Translations under genes and position numbers: made by a program | Origin: an uncultured Methanoregulaceae archaeon | GTDB lineage: Archaea > Halobacteriota > Methanomicrobia > Methanomicrobiales > Methanospirillaceae | Assembly (NCBI GenBank): GCA_963705255.1 | Contig: OY970061.1 | Coordinates: 1,920,001 to 1,984,000, forward strand | Direction: 5' to 3' | Length of the DNA stretch: 64,000 nt | Shown: positions 1-9,357 of the stretch, piece by piece | Position numbering within the stretch: position 1 is the stretch's first letter | Layout of the letters: every line of letters begins with the position of its first letter | Notes under the pieces: model-generated | Databases searched by the model: none | Told to the model about the DNA's origin: nothing | What the model saw: the letters and a program-made list of their open reading frames with translations, nothing else

Positions 1-800
1 GTGAACGGCGCTTCGATCTGCCCGGCGCCGGCCTCTACGGTGTGATGATCTTTGGCTGCATGTACGGCCTCACCCTGATGCCCTCCCCTTCGGGTATCTT
101 CTGGATGGTACTCGGTCTTACCGTCCTGATTGTGTTTGTCTGGTGGGAGCAGCGGGGGCCGGCTCCATTGGTCGAGATCGCGCTGTTCCGGAAGAGCCCG
201 GTCTTCCTTTTTTCAAATGTCGCCGCCCTCATCAACTATGCCGTGGTCTTTGCCGTCGGGTTCCTGCTCAGCCTGTACCTCCAGTACAACCGGGGGATCG
301 ATCCCCAGACCGCGGGACTGATCCTCGTAGCCCAGCCGGTGGTCCAGATGATCGTCTCACCGGCCGCAGGCCACCTCTCGGACAGGATCGAACCGCGTGT
401 CCTCGCGACCGCCGGCATGGCATGCACCACGGCCGGGCTCGGCATCCTGATGCTGCTCTCCCCTTCAACATCTATCGGAGTGATTGTCGCGGGCCTGGTT
501 ATCCTCGGGTTCGGGTACGGCCTCTTCTCCTCGCCAAATACCAATGCCATCATGAGCTCCGTGGAAGTGCGGCACCTCGGCCTTGCCTCCGGTATGGTCT
601 CCACGATGAGAGCCATTGGCCAGATGCTCAGCCTCGCCATCGCGATGCTGGTGTTTTCTGCGGTCATCGGCACGGTCCAGATCACTCCTGAGGTCTATCC
701 CCAGCTGCAACAGAGCGTCAATATCGCATTCGCTGTATTCTTCATCATCGGTCTCGCCGGAATTGCTGCATCGTATGCCCGTGGGACGACGCGGGACTGA
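1..800 (+). CDS. MFS transporter (DHA2/EmrB-like), 5' end beyond or near the window edge
   Basis: ORF 42..800 with many TM helices, AGHLSDRIEPR motif-A-like loop and GLFSSPNTNAIM motif. Confidence 0.85.
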   Translation, partial: ERRFDLPGAGLYGVMIFGCMYGLTLMPSPSGIFWMVLGLTVLIVFVWWEQRGPAPLVEIALFRKSPVFLFSNVAALINYAVVFAVGFLLSLYLQYNRGIDPQTAGLILVAQPVVQMIVSPAAGHLSDRIEPRVLATAGMACTTAGLGILMLLSPSTSIGVIVAGLVILGFGYGLFSSPNTNAIMSSVEVRHLGLASGMVSTMRAIGQMLSLAIAMLVFSAVIGTVQITPEVYPQLQQSVNIAFAVFFIIGLAGIAASYARGTTRD

Positions 801-859
801 TCTCCTGAACCGCTACTGGTGTGGGGGTATTATGAGCCGGCCGGATCCATGGAGGTACT

Positions 860-1291
860 ATGCCGATCCTGCGAGAACCTGTCGTGGCACTCGCGGATGT
901 TTCTGTCCGTTCCGTTTCACTTTTATCGCTCGATCTGGACGTGGCAATCAGCGTGCAGAACCCGAACCTGTTCGGGGTTACCCTCCGGGAACTGCCTTTT
1001 ACCGTTACGTTCCGGGCAGGAGGCAGCGACCAGCAGATTGCAACCGGAAATACCGGGACAGTGAAGATACCGGCCCGCACCAGCACCGTGCTGAGGGTCC
1101 CGGTCACGTCGGATAATTCCGCCCTTATCGGTGCGCTGGCGGCCTTTATAGCCACGGGCGGCATAGAAGTGACCGTACAGGGGACTGCTGTGATCAACCT
1201 CCTGGTTACCGGCTGTTCGGTACCCTTCAGAAAGACGATCCCTGTAACGGTGGCGCAGGTTGCGGATTCCCTTTCCGGGCAGAAGAAGTAA
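860..1291 (+). CDS. LEA type 2 / WHy domain protein
   Basis: 143 aa; P-x-V...V-x-NPN-x-F-x-V motif and beta-rich pattern typical of LEA_2. Confidence 0.8.
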   Translation: MPILREPVVALADVSVRSVSLLSLDLDVAISVQNPNLFGVTLRELPFTVTFRAGGSDQQIATGNTGTVKIPARTSTVLRVPVTSDNSALIGALAAFIATGGIEVTVQGTAVINLLVTGCSVPFRKTIPVTVAQVADSLSGQKK

Positions 1292-1727
1292 GAGCGGGCA
1301 ATGACCGGCCTGTCACGGTCATGAAAGGGGGGGGGTCGATGCCCAACCCCCCCACCGTTTGGTTTTCATTTCGCGTCGACCCCCTCCCAACATTTTTCAA
1401 ATCCGATCTGACCCCCCTCCCCCAGCCCCTCAACTGATTCTGACCTCACGTATCATTTGCGGGAATCATTCAAAACCGGCCTTTTCGTCGGATGCTCCAC
1501 GCGAAATGGTTTCTACAATAATGCAAAAACCGGTGCATTACTCACTTTTGAGAAGGGGGGTCAGCGGCCGACCCCCCTTCCATTTAATTTTGCGGAGGGG
1601 GGTAACCCCCCACCCTTTCAAAATAAAATGGCAGGTGACCCCCCATCTGACAGTTACGAAAGGCGGTTGTTCGTAAGTGAATTCCATGGAAAAAGGGCTC
1701 GGAATTGCAAACGTATGGGTGGGGGAT
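1253..1727 (+). repeat. Copy 1 of a duplicated segment (LEA gene 3' end plus G/C-string intergenic element)
   Basis: 1253-1356 matches 2858-2956 and 1604-1727 matches 2947-3068 with scattered substitutions; contains GGGGGG..CCCCCC hairpins at 1327-1353, 1555-1577 and 1597-1611. Confidence 0.85.
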
Positions 1728-1740
1728 AACCGGTACCCTG

Positions 1741-2727
1741 TCACGTCCCGTTGAAGAGCACCTCTGCTGACGGCCCGGCCATTCCTGCCTCATCATGGCC
1801 TATCCCCGGCACCACATGGTATTCCCAGTTCAGAGGGACATCCCGGCGCGCTGCTTCTGCCTGGGCTGTCGTAAAATAGGTCTTTGCCCGCTCGAACCGG
1901 GTGCTGCCCTGCGCCTCCGCCCCGGGGAAATTCGCGAGGCTGCTGTCGTTCGGGTTCGTGTCCCTTCCACCGGACATAATGATGAGTTTCCGGGCAAACA
2001 CGTTCGGGACCTCGCTCTCGTAAAGTGGCGAGTCTTTCAGGCCTAACGGGTACGGGATCGTATAGACCGGCATCACATAAAGCCCTGCATTCGCCGCTAC
2101 TGCACGGCTGTACCTGGCTTCGGGAAGGAACGTCACCATCCGCTGGACAAACTGGGCACCTGCACTGTGCCCATCGAGGAGGTAGGTGTTCTCTGTTGCC
2201 CCGCTCTTTTCGCGGATGTAATCGAAGAGGTGCTCAACCGCCATGAAGGTCCAGTTCGCTTTCGGCTCCCAGTTCGTGGCACCATAGGTGTACCCAAGAG
2301 GATACCAGATGTCCCCGGGATAATACTTCTGGGAGAATTCCGGAACGATAAGGAGACTGGAATACTTTTCAGCGTAGCGAACCCAGGTGTCCCGGGGTGA
2401 CTGTCCGCTGCGACCCGCTCCGGGCATGACGATCAGGACCGGCCCTGATTGGTTCCATGCAGCCGGACGATAATAGTAGACCGTGATCGGACGATTGGCA
2501 TTTCCGAGCGAATCGTTGAACACAAACTGTCCTCTTCCCACCGGAATGCCCATTGTTTCTGGGTTTATCGTTCCGACGTTTATCGTTCCGGGACTGGTGA
2601 CGGGAGTGGTTACGGGGCTAGTTACGGAAGGGGTAAGTTCTTTCTGAGGTGGTGACATGGAGCACCCGCATACCGCAAGGGTGAACATGAGGATCGTGAA
2701 GAAAAGAAGTGGTATGCCGGTTTTCAT
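1741..2727 (-). CDS. Lipoprotein alpha/beta-hydrolase (esterase-like)
   Basis: Signal peptide with LAVCGC lipobox-like motif, Pro/Thr linker, GHSAG nucleophile elbow, C-terminal GIGH catalytic His. Confidence 0.8.
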   Translation of the reverse strand: MKTGIPLLFFTILMFTLAVCGCSMSPPQKELTPSVTSPVTTPVTSPGTINVGTINPETMGIPVGRGQFVFNDSLGNANRPITVYYYRPAAWNQSGPVLIVMPGAGRSGQSPRDTWVRYAEKYSSLLIVPEFSQKYYPGDIWYPLGYTYGATNWEPKANWTFMAVEHLFDYIREKSGATENTYLLDGHSAGAQFVQRMVTFLPEARYSRAVAANAGLYVMPVYTIPYPLGLKDSPLYESEVPNVFARKLIIMSGGRDTNPNDSSLANFPGAEAQGSTRFERAKTYFTTAQAEAARRDVPLNWEYHVVPGIGHDEAGMAGPSAEVLFNGT

Positions 2728-2857
2728 GTAATCAGGAGTGGGATATGCTCCATAAATAGGATTCGGTTATCCTCCGGAGACAGAAGGATCCGGCGAATTA
2801 GTGGCAGGCCGGTTCAAGAAACAGAGAGTTCCTGGCCTTGCACCACGGAATAGAGTT

Positions 2858-3068
2858 GCGCAGGTTGCGGATTCCCTACTCGTGCAGAAGAAGTAAGAAC
2901 GGACAATGACCGGACTGTCACGGTTATGAGGGGGGGGTCAATGCCCAACCCCCACCCTTTCTCAATAAAATGGCAGGCGACCCCCCGTGTGACTATGTGT
3001 GAAAGCAGCTGTTCAGAAGTGAATTTCATGGAAAACTGGGGGCTTAGGATTGCAAATATAGGGGGGTA
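2858..3068 (+). repeat. Copy 2 of the duplicated segment, about 255 bp shorter internally
   Basis: gcgcaggttgcggattccct...cagaagaagtaaga...gggggggtcaatgcccaacccccacccttt...aataaaatggcagg..gtgaatt.catggaaaa aligns to 1253-1356 joined to 1604-1727. Confidence 0.85.
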
Positions 3069-3238
3069 GGAGTACGGGGGGTGGTCGGGAAGGCAGTTTT
3101 CCATAGGAAACCGAAGGCGTTTACACCGGACGACCGGGACCCGGTCAGTTCTGTGCAGGTACCCCCGTGGGGGTCGGGTGGTTGGGCTAGGGGGAGGGGG
3201 TTTCAGGATTTTAGAGAAGACGGTGAGTTGCCGAAGTT

Positions 3239-4531
3239 CTACTTTTCCTTCTTCCCTTTTCCCTTCTCAGCAGTCCCGAACAGCTCGTTCACCATCTTGA
3301 CCGCACACAAATCCCCGCACATCGAGCAGGTCTCCTGTTCGCCATCGCGGTCGCGGATCCGCTTCGCGTGGGCGCCGTACAACGCGAGTCGGAACTGACC
3401 GTCCCAGTCGAGCCGGTGCCGGGCGTCCGCCATCTGCACTTCGCGCTCCATCCGGTAACCCTCCGGGCGCCGGACCGTGTCCCCGATGTGCGCCGCAATC
3501 TTCGCGACCCGGGTCCCCTCAATGATATCATCGACGAGCGGGAGGGCGAGGTGCTCGCTCGGCGAGACCATGCAGAGGAAGTCGGCGCCGTTCAGACAGG
3601 CAACCGAGCCGCCGATAGCCGCAACGACGTGGTCGTAGCCCGGCGCGATATCGGTGATAAGGGGCCCGAGCAGGTAGAGCGGGGCATGGGCGGTGATCTC
3701 CTTGATCATCCGCACGTTGTAGCCCACCTGGTCGAGCGGCATATGGCCGGGCCCCTCGATCATCCGCTGGACACCTGCCGCATGCGCCCGTTTCGCCAGC
3801 GTTCCGAGCGTCACGTACTCCACGGATTTGGCGAGCTTCTCCGCGTCCTGCAGGCAGCCGGGCCGCATCCCGTCACCGAGGCTGATGGTCACGTCGTACC
3901 CGGCAAGCATCTCAAGGAGGTAGTCGTACTCGGCATAGAGGGGGTTCTCCTCGTCCCGCTGCATCATCATCGCGCAGTGGAACGACCCGCCCCTGCTCAC
4001 GACCCCCATCAGCCGGGGGTCTGCCCGGAGGGCGGCAAGGGCTTGCCGGTTCACCCCGCAGTGGAGCGTCAGGAAGTCAACTCCCTGTTCGCAGTGCTCG
4101 CGGATTACCTTGAAGAGCAGGTCGGCGTCGACATCACCAGCATTGCCCGCCCTGCGGACTGCTTCGTAGACCGGGACCGTGCCGACCGTCGTATCGAACG
4201 CAAGGATTTTTTTCCGGATTGCAACCAGATCCCCACCGGTCGAGAGGTCCATCAGCGCGTCTGCGCCGTTCTCCAGTGCTGCCTGTGCCTTCTTCTCCTC
4301 GAGCGCGGGGTCACACCGGGTGCCGGACGTACCGATATTCACGTTTATCTTGACCTGGCACCCTTCGCCGATCGCACAGAGCCGGTGCTTTCGCTCCGGG
4401 TTTGCCGGGATGACAATCCTCCCGGCCGCAATACCCCGTGCAAGCGATGCCGGGTCAGTTCCTTCCGCCCGTGCCGCAGCTGCGAGTTCTTCCGGTGCCC
4501 CGCGGCAGCACCTGCGGATGAGCGTATCCAT
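3239..4531 (-). CDS. thiC: Phosphomethylpyrimidine synthase ThiC (or BzaA/B-type paralog)
   Basis: KINVNIGTS, GADALMDLSTGG, GVVSRGGS, SLGDGMRPG, EGPGH, DIAPGYDH, C-terminal CSMCGDLC; start placed at MDTLI. Confidence 0.9.
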   Translation of the reverse strand: MDTLIRRCCRGAPEELAAAARAEGTDPASLARGIAAGRIVIPANPERKHRLCAIGEGCQVKINVNIGTSGTRCDPALEEKKAQAALENGADALMDLSTGGDLVAIRKKILAFDTTVGTVPVYEAVRRAGNAGDVDADLLFKVIREHCEQGVDFLTLHCGVNRQALAALRADPRLMGVVSRGGSFHCAMMMQRDEENPLYAEYDYLLEMLAGYDVTISLGDGMRPGCLQDAEKLAKSVEYVTLGTLAKRAHAAGVQRMIEGPGHMPLDQVGYNVRMIKEITAHAPLYLLGPLITDIAPGYDHVVAAIGGSVACLNGADFLCMVSPSEHLALPLVDDIIEGTRVAKIAAHIGDTVRRPEGYRMEREVQMADARHRLDWDGQFRLALYGAHAKRIRDRDGEQETCSMCGDLCAVKMVNELFGTAEKGKGKKEK

Positions 4532-4565
4532 AAGAAACATCTGTCCCGGCTCCTTATTATTGTGC

Positions 4566-5167
4566 ATGAAGGTCAGGTGGATCCCGGGGGATTCGGTCTT
4601 TGCCAATTCGTATATTTTCGGGAATATCCTTATAGACGCTGGCGTGGTGCCCATGGCGGTGGCCCCGTACAAAGAGGCAATCGAAACGATCGTGCTTTCG
4701 CACTGCCATTTCGATCATACGGCCCGGGTCAAAGAGATCGCGCATATGTGCAGGGCAAAAGTCGCCATCCACAAGGCAGACGCACGGGGGCTTGTCGAGG
4801 ATGCCCACAGCCTCTCCATGCATTTTGGCGCCCGCTCCCCCGGCATCGTCCCAGACATCGTCCTAGCTGATGGAGACACAATCTGTGATCTCCTCGTCCT
4901 TCACACGCCGGGACATACCCCGGGCAGTATCTGCCTCTATTCTGAACGGGACAAGGTGCTCATCAGCGGGGACACGGTATTTGCGGACGGGTATTTCGGG
5001 AGATACGACTTCCCGGGCGGGAGCAGGACCGAGCTTTCGCGGTCGCTTGACCGGCTCTCGCTTCTCGATGTCGAAGGCTTGTACGCAGGGCATGGCGAAC
5101 CGACCGATGAGGGGGCAGCCGCTGCATAGCCGCGGCACAGGGCCTCATGAAGAGCGGGTATGGATAA
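4566..5167 (+). CDS. MBL-fold metallo-hydrolase (glyoxalase II-like); apparent 1-nt deletion in a G-run at ~5111
   Basis: HCHFDH, HTPGHTPG, SGD and AGHG motifs; adding one G restores a C-terminus GGSRCIAAAQGLMKSGYG overlapping the next start. Confidence 0.85.
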
Positions 5168-5618
5168 AGGGATCTACTGCCTCGTCTTTGAAAACCCGGG
5201 CTGTACCATCAGCATCGGCGCCCTTGGGCCGGTTGCGTTTGCTCCCGGCTGGCATATCTACGTCGGGTCGGCGCTCGGCAGCGGGGGGCTGAAACGGCTC
5301 GCACGCCATATTGCCCTCTCGGAGGTAAGCGACCGGATGCCGACATGGCATATCGACTATCTGCTCACCAGTAACGATTTTTCGCTCCGGTACGCGGTGT
5401 ATGCCAAAACACGGGAAAACCTCGAGTGTCCGCTTGCACGGGCTTTAGGTGATCCTGAAATTTCTGGCTTCGGGTGCAGTGATTGCCGTTGTCCTTCCCA
5501 CCTGTTCCATCGGCATGCCGATCCGGCGCAGGAGATCCTTATGGCGTTCCGGGGTCTGGGTCTTGACCCGGTCACCAAAACCATCATGAGCCTGCAGTGC
5601 AGTAAGGGTAACATATGA
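5160..5618 (+). CDS. GIY-YIG nuclease family protein (DUF123)
   Basis: KGIYCL...YVGSA...RH...WHIDYL...EC...FGCSDC.C.SHL. Confidence 0.85.
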   Translation: MDKGIYCLVFENPGCTISIGALGPVAFAPGWHIYVGSALGSGGLKRLARHIALSEVSDRMPTWHIDYLLTSNDFSLRYAVYAKTRENLECPLARALGDPEISGFGCSDCRCPSHLFHRHADPAQEILMAFRGLGLDPVTKTIMSLQCSKGNI

Positions 5619-6169
5619 AGGTGCTCGGTATATCGGGAAGCATGCGCAGGCACGGGAATACCGCACAACTCGTAGGGATAATCCTCAAGCGCTGCAATGA
5701 TGCCGGGATAAAAACCGAATTCGTCTCCCTTTCAGGGAAGAAGATCCTTCCCTGTATCGGCTGCGAGAAGTGCAAGGAGACGAAGTGGTGTTCGATCGAG
5801 AAGGACGACTGGGGCGCGATTGCGCAGAAAGTGATTGACTGCGATGTGCTTGTGATCGGTTCGCCGACCTATTATTACGACGTGTGCGGGCAGCTCAAGA
5901 ATTTCATAGACCGCACCTACTCGCTCTATCACGACCGAAAGCTGGCAGGACGGAAAGGGATTGCCGTTGCAATCGAGGCCTCGAAAGGCGCACACCGCAC
6001 CATCCAGACTCTGGAAGGCTTCCTGAACGCGCACGAGTTTTCATCCCTCGGGTCGGTAAAAGGGAGCGGTTATCTCGAAGGGGATATCCTGAACGATGCC
6101 CAAGCCCTGAAACGGGCAGAGAAGATTGGTGACAGGATTGTGCGGCTGCTGAAGCCGAATCACGACTGA
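5615..6169 (+). CDS. Iron-sulfur flavoprotein (Isf) / NADPH-dependent FMN reductase family
   Basis: GSMRRHGNT FMN loop, CxxCxxCx5C motif, GSPTYY, LKNFIDR. Confidence 0.85.
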   Translation: MKVLGISGSMRRHGNTAQLVGIILKRCNDAGIKTEFVSLSGKKILPCIGCEKCKETKWCSIEKDDWGAIAQKVIDCDVLVIGSPTYYYDVCGQLKNFIDRTYSLYHDRKLAGRKGIAVAIEASKGAHRTIQTLEGFLNAHEFSSLGSVKGSGYLEGDILNDAQALKRAEKIGDRIVRLLKPNHD

Positions 6170-6633
6170 TCGCTATCATACCCGTACTTTTTTCCGGTCA
6201 TTTCCCGGATCTCGACCCGGACGACGCAGACCCGCTGCAGTTCTTCTTCCGAAAACGGGTATTCGGTCCCGCCATAGTGGCTCATGATGCAGTTGAGCCC
6301 TGTTTTCTTCTCTTCGAAGGTCTCCACGATGCATGCAGTGGCGGCGCAGATCACGCTTTTGTACCGGACCTCCCATGTACAGGGGCTTGAATCCCGGAGC
6401 GGACCCTCATACCGGTCCACCTCAACACAGCAACGCGGGTTTTTCCTGAGCATGGTGATCTTTCTGCCTTCGCCAGCCGAGTGGAAATAGAGCACACGAT
6501 CCCTGTAGCCAAAACAGAGCGGAACGACATAGGGTTCACCATCGTCTGCCAGTGCAAGCCTGCAGACTGACGCGCCGACAAGGATCGATTCCATCTCAGC
6601 GGGATCCGTAATCTCCCGCTCTTTCCTTCTCAC
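6160..6633 (-). CDS. Pyridoxamine 5'-phosphate oxidase-like flavin-binding protein (NimA family)
   Basis: (M)RRKEREITD...CRLAL...PYVVPL...YFHSAGEGRK...YKSVI...EMTGK; GTG start at 6633. Confidence 0.85.
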   Translation of the reverse strand: MRRKEREITDPAEMESILVGASVCRLALADDGEPYVVPLCFGYRDRVLYFHSAGEGRKITMLRKNPRCCVEVDRYEGPLRDSSPCTWEVRYKSVICAATACIVETFEEKKTGLNCIMSHYGGTEYPFSEEELQRVCVVRVEIREMTGKKYGYDSDQS

Positions 6634-6695
6634 AACTCTTTCACGTCCTGAAGTCCCGTACTGAACGAGTGGGCGCGGGTTCCCGTATTCACTTG

Positions 6696-7784
6696 TTAGA
6701 CCAGTTCGTATAAGGTAGTACGGCGCCGGAGCGTCCTGCCAAGGTCTTCTGCAACCCGCTGCATCTCTTTCGGGTCGAGGTAATCCGTGTTGGTCGCGCC
6801 CGCACCCTTGGATATGCTCTCCTCGTACATGGTCCCGCCAAGGTCGTTCCCGCCGGCAACAAGTCCCAGCTGCGCCATCTTTATCCCCTCTTTCACCCAC
6901 GAGACCTGGATGTTGCGGAAGTTGTCCAGGAAGAGGCGCGCAACGGCGACCATCAGGAGGTCTTCCCTCCCCGTTGCCCCGGCACGGGCCAGGCCCTGCC
7001 GGAATATCGGGGTGTTCATGTGGATGAACGAGAGCGGGACGAACTCGGTAAACCCGTGCGTCTCGTCCTGGATCTTCCGCAAGATCGAGAGATGTTCGAC
7101 CCGTTCGGCATCGTTCTCGCAATGCCCGTACATGATCGTGGCTGTTGTCGGGATGCCCATCGCGTGCGCCTCGCGGATGATACGGACCCACTCACCCGTG
7201 GAGATCTTATCCCTGCAGATAGTCTCACGGACTGAATCCACCAGGATCTCGGCGGCAGTCCCGCACATGGATCCGAGGCCGGCACCTTTCATGGCGGCGA
7301 GGACGTCCTTTGTGCTCATCCCGCTCTTCTTGGCCGCGTAGGCGACTTCCATCGGATTGCCGGCGTGGAGGTGGACTTCCGGTGCCGCCTCACGGATCCA
7401 GCGGTAGACCTCGATGTAGGACGCTGCCGTAAACTCCGGGTGGAGACCGCTTACCGTGCAGATCTCCGTGACCCTGCGCTTCTTTGCGAGCGCCGCTTTC
7501 TCCTGGATCCCGGTTTTGTCATGGAAATAGACCCCCTCATCACCGGGCTTTTTCGAGAAACCGCAGAACCCGCAGGCATTCACGCAGAGGTTCGTGACAT
7601 TGATGTTCTGGTTCCTGACATAGGTCACTGCGTTCCCGGCCCGCTGTTCGCGCACCTCGTCTGCTGTTGACGCGATCTCCCAGACCTGCCGGTCGCGTAT
7701 CCCGAACAACAACCGTGCCTCGTCTTCGCTCAGGCGGTGGCCATCTCTCACATTGTCAAGAAGTGTCTTCAGCTGCCGGTTCAT
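6696..7784 (-). CDS. cofH: FO synthase subunit 2 CofH (radical SAM), paralog 1
   Basis: NVTNLCVNACGFCGF, GTAAEIL, TATIMYGH, NIQVSWVK, NDLGGT, RTTLY. Confidence 0.9.
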   Translation of the reverse strand: MNRQLKTLLDNVRDGHRLSEDEARLLFGIRDRQVWEIASTADEVREQRAGNAVTYVRNQNINVTNLCVNACGFCGFSKKPGDEGVYFHDKTGIQEKAALAKKRRVTEICTVSGLHPEFTAASYIEVYRWIREAAPEVHLHAGNPMEVAYAAKKSGMSTKDVLAAMKGAGLGSMCGTAAEILVDSVRETICRDKISTGEWVRIIREAHAMGIPTTATIMYGHCENDAERVEHLSILRKIQDETHGFTEFVPLSFIHMNTPIFRQGLARAGATGREDLLMVAVARLFLDNFRNIQVSWVKEGIKMAQLGLVAGGNDLGGTMYEESISKGAGATNTDYLDPKEMQRVAEDLGRTLRRRTTLYELV

Positions 7785-7897
7785 TGCATACCCCGCTTCT
7801 GTTCAGGCAGTGTATTTCCCGCGGAGAAGTAAAGGTATCGCATCAACCGTGCACATGATTATTACTCCCCCGCGCCAACCATCTCTCAAGGAGCGCT

Positions 7898-8197
7898 ATG
7901 GAGTTTATCGAAGTGCATCTGTCACGGAAAACAGCAGACGGATTTGTCATCCCTCTTGGCCCGGCGAACCTCGTCGCGGTCAAAACCGACGTGGGCATGG
8001 TGGGGTGCGGGGCGTTTGATGTTGCAGCGCTTGATTCGTTCAGCTATCCCGCGGCAAAAGTCAGGCCGGCCCTCGGGCCGTCTATCGCGGACACCGACGA
8101 TATTCTCAAGGGAATTATCAAGGAGGCAAACCGCTCGGCAATGGGGCGCGGTATCAAAACCGGCATGACCGGCAAAGAAGCGCTGGAACTGCTCTGA
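7898..8197 (+). CDS. YunC/DUF1805 family protein
   Basis: GMVGCGAFDV...PAAKV...GIKTGMTGKEALELL signature. Confidence 0.8.
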   Translation: MEFIEVHLSRKTADGFVIPLGPANLVAVKTDVGMVGCGAFDVAALDSFSYPAAKVRPALGPSIADTDDILKGIIKEANRSAMGRGIKTGMTGKEALELL

Positions 8198-8256
8198 TCC
8201 CGTTTCCAGAACCCTGCATTTCACTCCGTTTTTGTATTTGGTACGCTATTTAGCGT

Positions 8257-9342
8257 TCAGACGATCTCGTACAGAGTTGTCCGTTGTTTCAGCGTCCGGC
8301 CGATATCCTGCACGATGCGGTTCATATCTTTGGGGTCGAGATAATCGGAGCCGGATGCCCCGGCATCACCGCTCACGTCATCGGTAAACATCGTTCCTGC
8401 AAGGTCGTTGGCACCGGAGAGCAGGGCGAGCTGGGTCATCTTGAGCCCGACCTTCCCCCATGCCACCTGGATATTGTCGAAGTTATCGAGGAAGAGCCGG
8501 GATACTGCGATCATCAGGAGATCCTCCCGCCCGGTGGGCCCGGCCCGGGCGATTCCCTGCTGGTAGAGCGGGGTACTGGTATGGACATACGGGAGGGTCA
8601 CCAGCTCCGTGAACCCATGGGTCTCATCCTGGATCGTCCTCAGGAGCCCGAGGTGCTCGGCCTGGTCCCCGGCAGTCTCGTACGACCCGTACATGATGGT
8701 CGCCGTGGACCGCAGGCCCATCGTGTGCGCTTCCCTGATGATCCGGATCCAGTCGGCAGTGGAGACCTTGCGGGGGCATATCACCTGTCGCACCGAGTCC
8801 ACGAGGATCTCTGCTGCGGTACCCTGGATGGTCCCCAGTCCTTCTGCCCTGAGCCGTGCAAGTACTTCCGGCGTTGAACAGCGGGCTTTTTTTGCGGCAT
8901 GGGCGACTTCGTCCGGGCTGAACGCATGGACATGGACCCCCGGGGCTGCCTCGTGGACCCAGTGGATCAGGTTGGTGAACGTATCAAGGGTGAACGCCGG
9001 GTGGACCCCGGAGAGGAGACAGATCTCGGTCACCCCGCGTTTGTGTGCCAGCCTCGCCTGGGCCTGGATCCCTTCCCGGTCATGGCAGTACGCCCCGGCA
9101 TCGGTCGCTTTCCTGCCAAAACCGCAGAAACCGCAGAGGTTCTTGCAGATATTGGTCACGTGCAGGTTCTGATTCCTGACGTAGGTGACCACGTTCCCCG
9201 CCTTCCGTTCCCGCATCTCATCAGCAGCTTCGGTGATCCTGGCAATCTCCCGGCCCCGGGTTTTCAGGAGCGTGACCGCTTCTTCCTCCGTGAGACGGTG
9301 GCCGTTCAGGGTATCAGCGAGGAGCGTCGAAGCCGTTGTCAT
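8257..9342 (-). CDS. cofH: FO synthase subunit 2 CofH, paralog 2
   Basis: HVTNICKNLCGFCGF, GTAAEIL, TATIMYG, NDLAGT, RTTLY. Confidence 0.9.
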   Translation of the reverse strand: MTTASTLLADTLNGHRLTEEEAVTLLKTRGREIARITEAADEMRERKAGNVVTYVRNQNLHVTNICKNLCGFCGFGRKATDAGAYCHDREGIQAQARLAHKRGVTEICLLSGVHPAFTLDTFTNLIHWVHEAAPGVHVHAFSPDEVAHAAKKARCSTPEVLARLRAEGLGTIQGTAAEILVDSVRQVICPRKVSTADWIRIIREAHTMGLRSTATIMYGSYETAGDQAEHLGLLRTIQDETHGFTELVTLPYVHTSTPLYQQGIARAGPTGREDLLMIAVSRLFLDNFDNIQVAWGKVGLKMTQLALLSGANDLAGTMFTDDVSGDAGASGSDYLDPKDMNRIVQDIGRTLKQRTTLYEIV

Positions 9343-9357
9343 CCTTGCCTCCTCTGT

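Noticed and set aside
1359-1796. Short ORFs in the G/C-string regions (also 2814..3104, 36852..37067)
   Set aside because: Low-complexity Pro/Gly-rich translations of repeat DNA with no coding signals.
3368-4870. Long antisense ORFs (500 aa here; also 45377..46891, 13571..14680, 32390..33367)
   Set aside because: Shadow frames opposite well-supported genes in GC-rich DNA, with no recognisable motifs.
5160-5618. GIY-YIG protein as a homing endonuclease or mobile element
   Set aside because: DUF123-type stand-alone gene coupled within an operon, with no intron, intein or flanking repeats.
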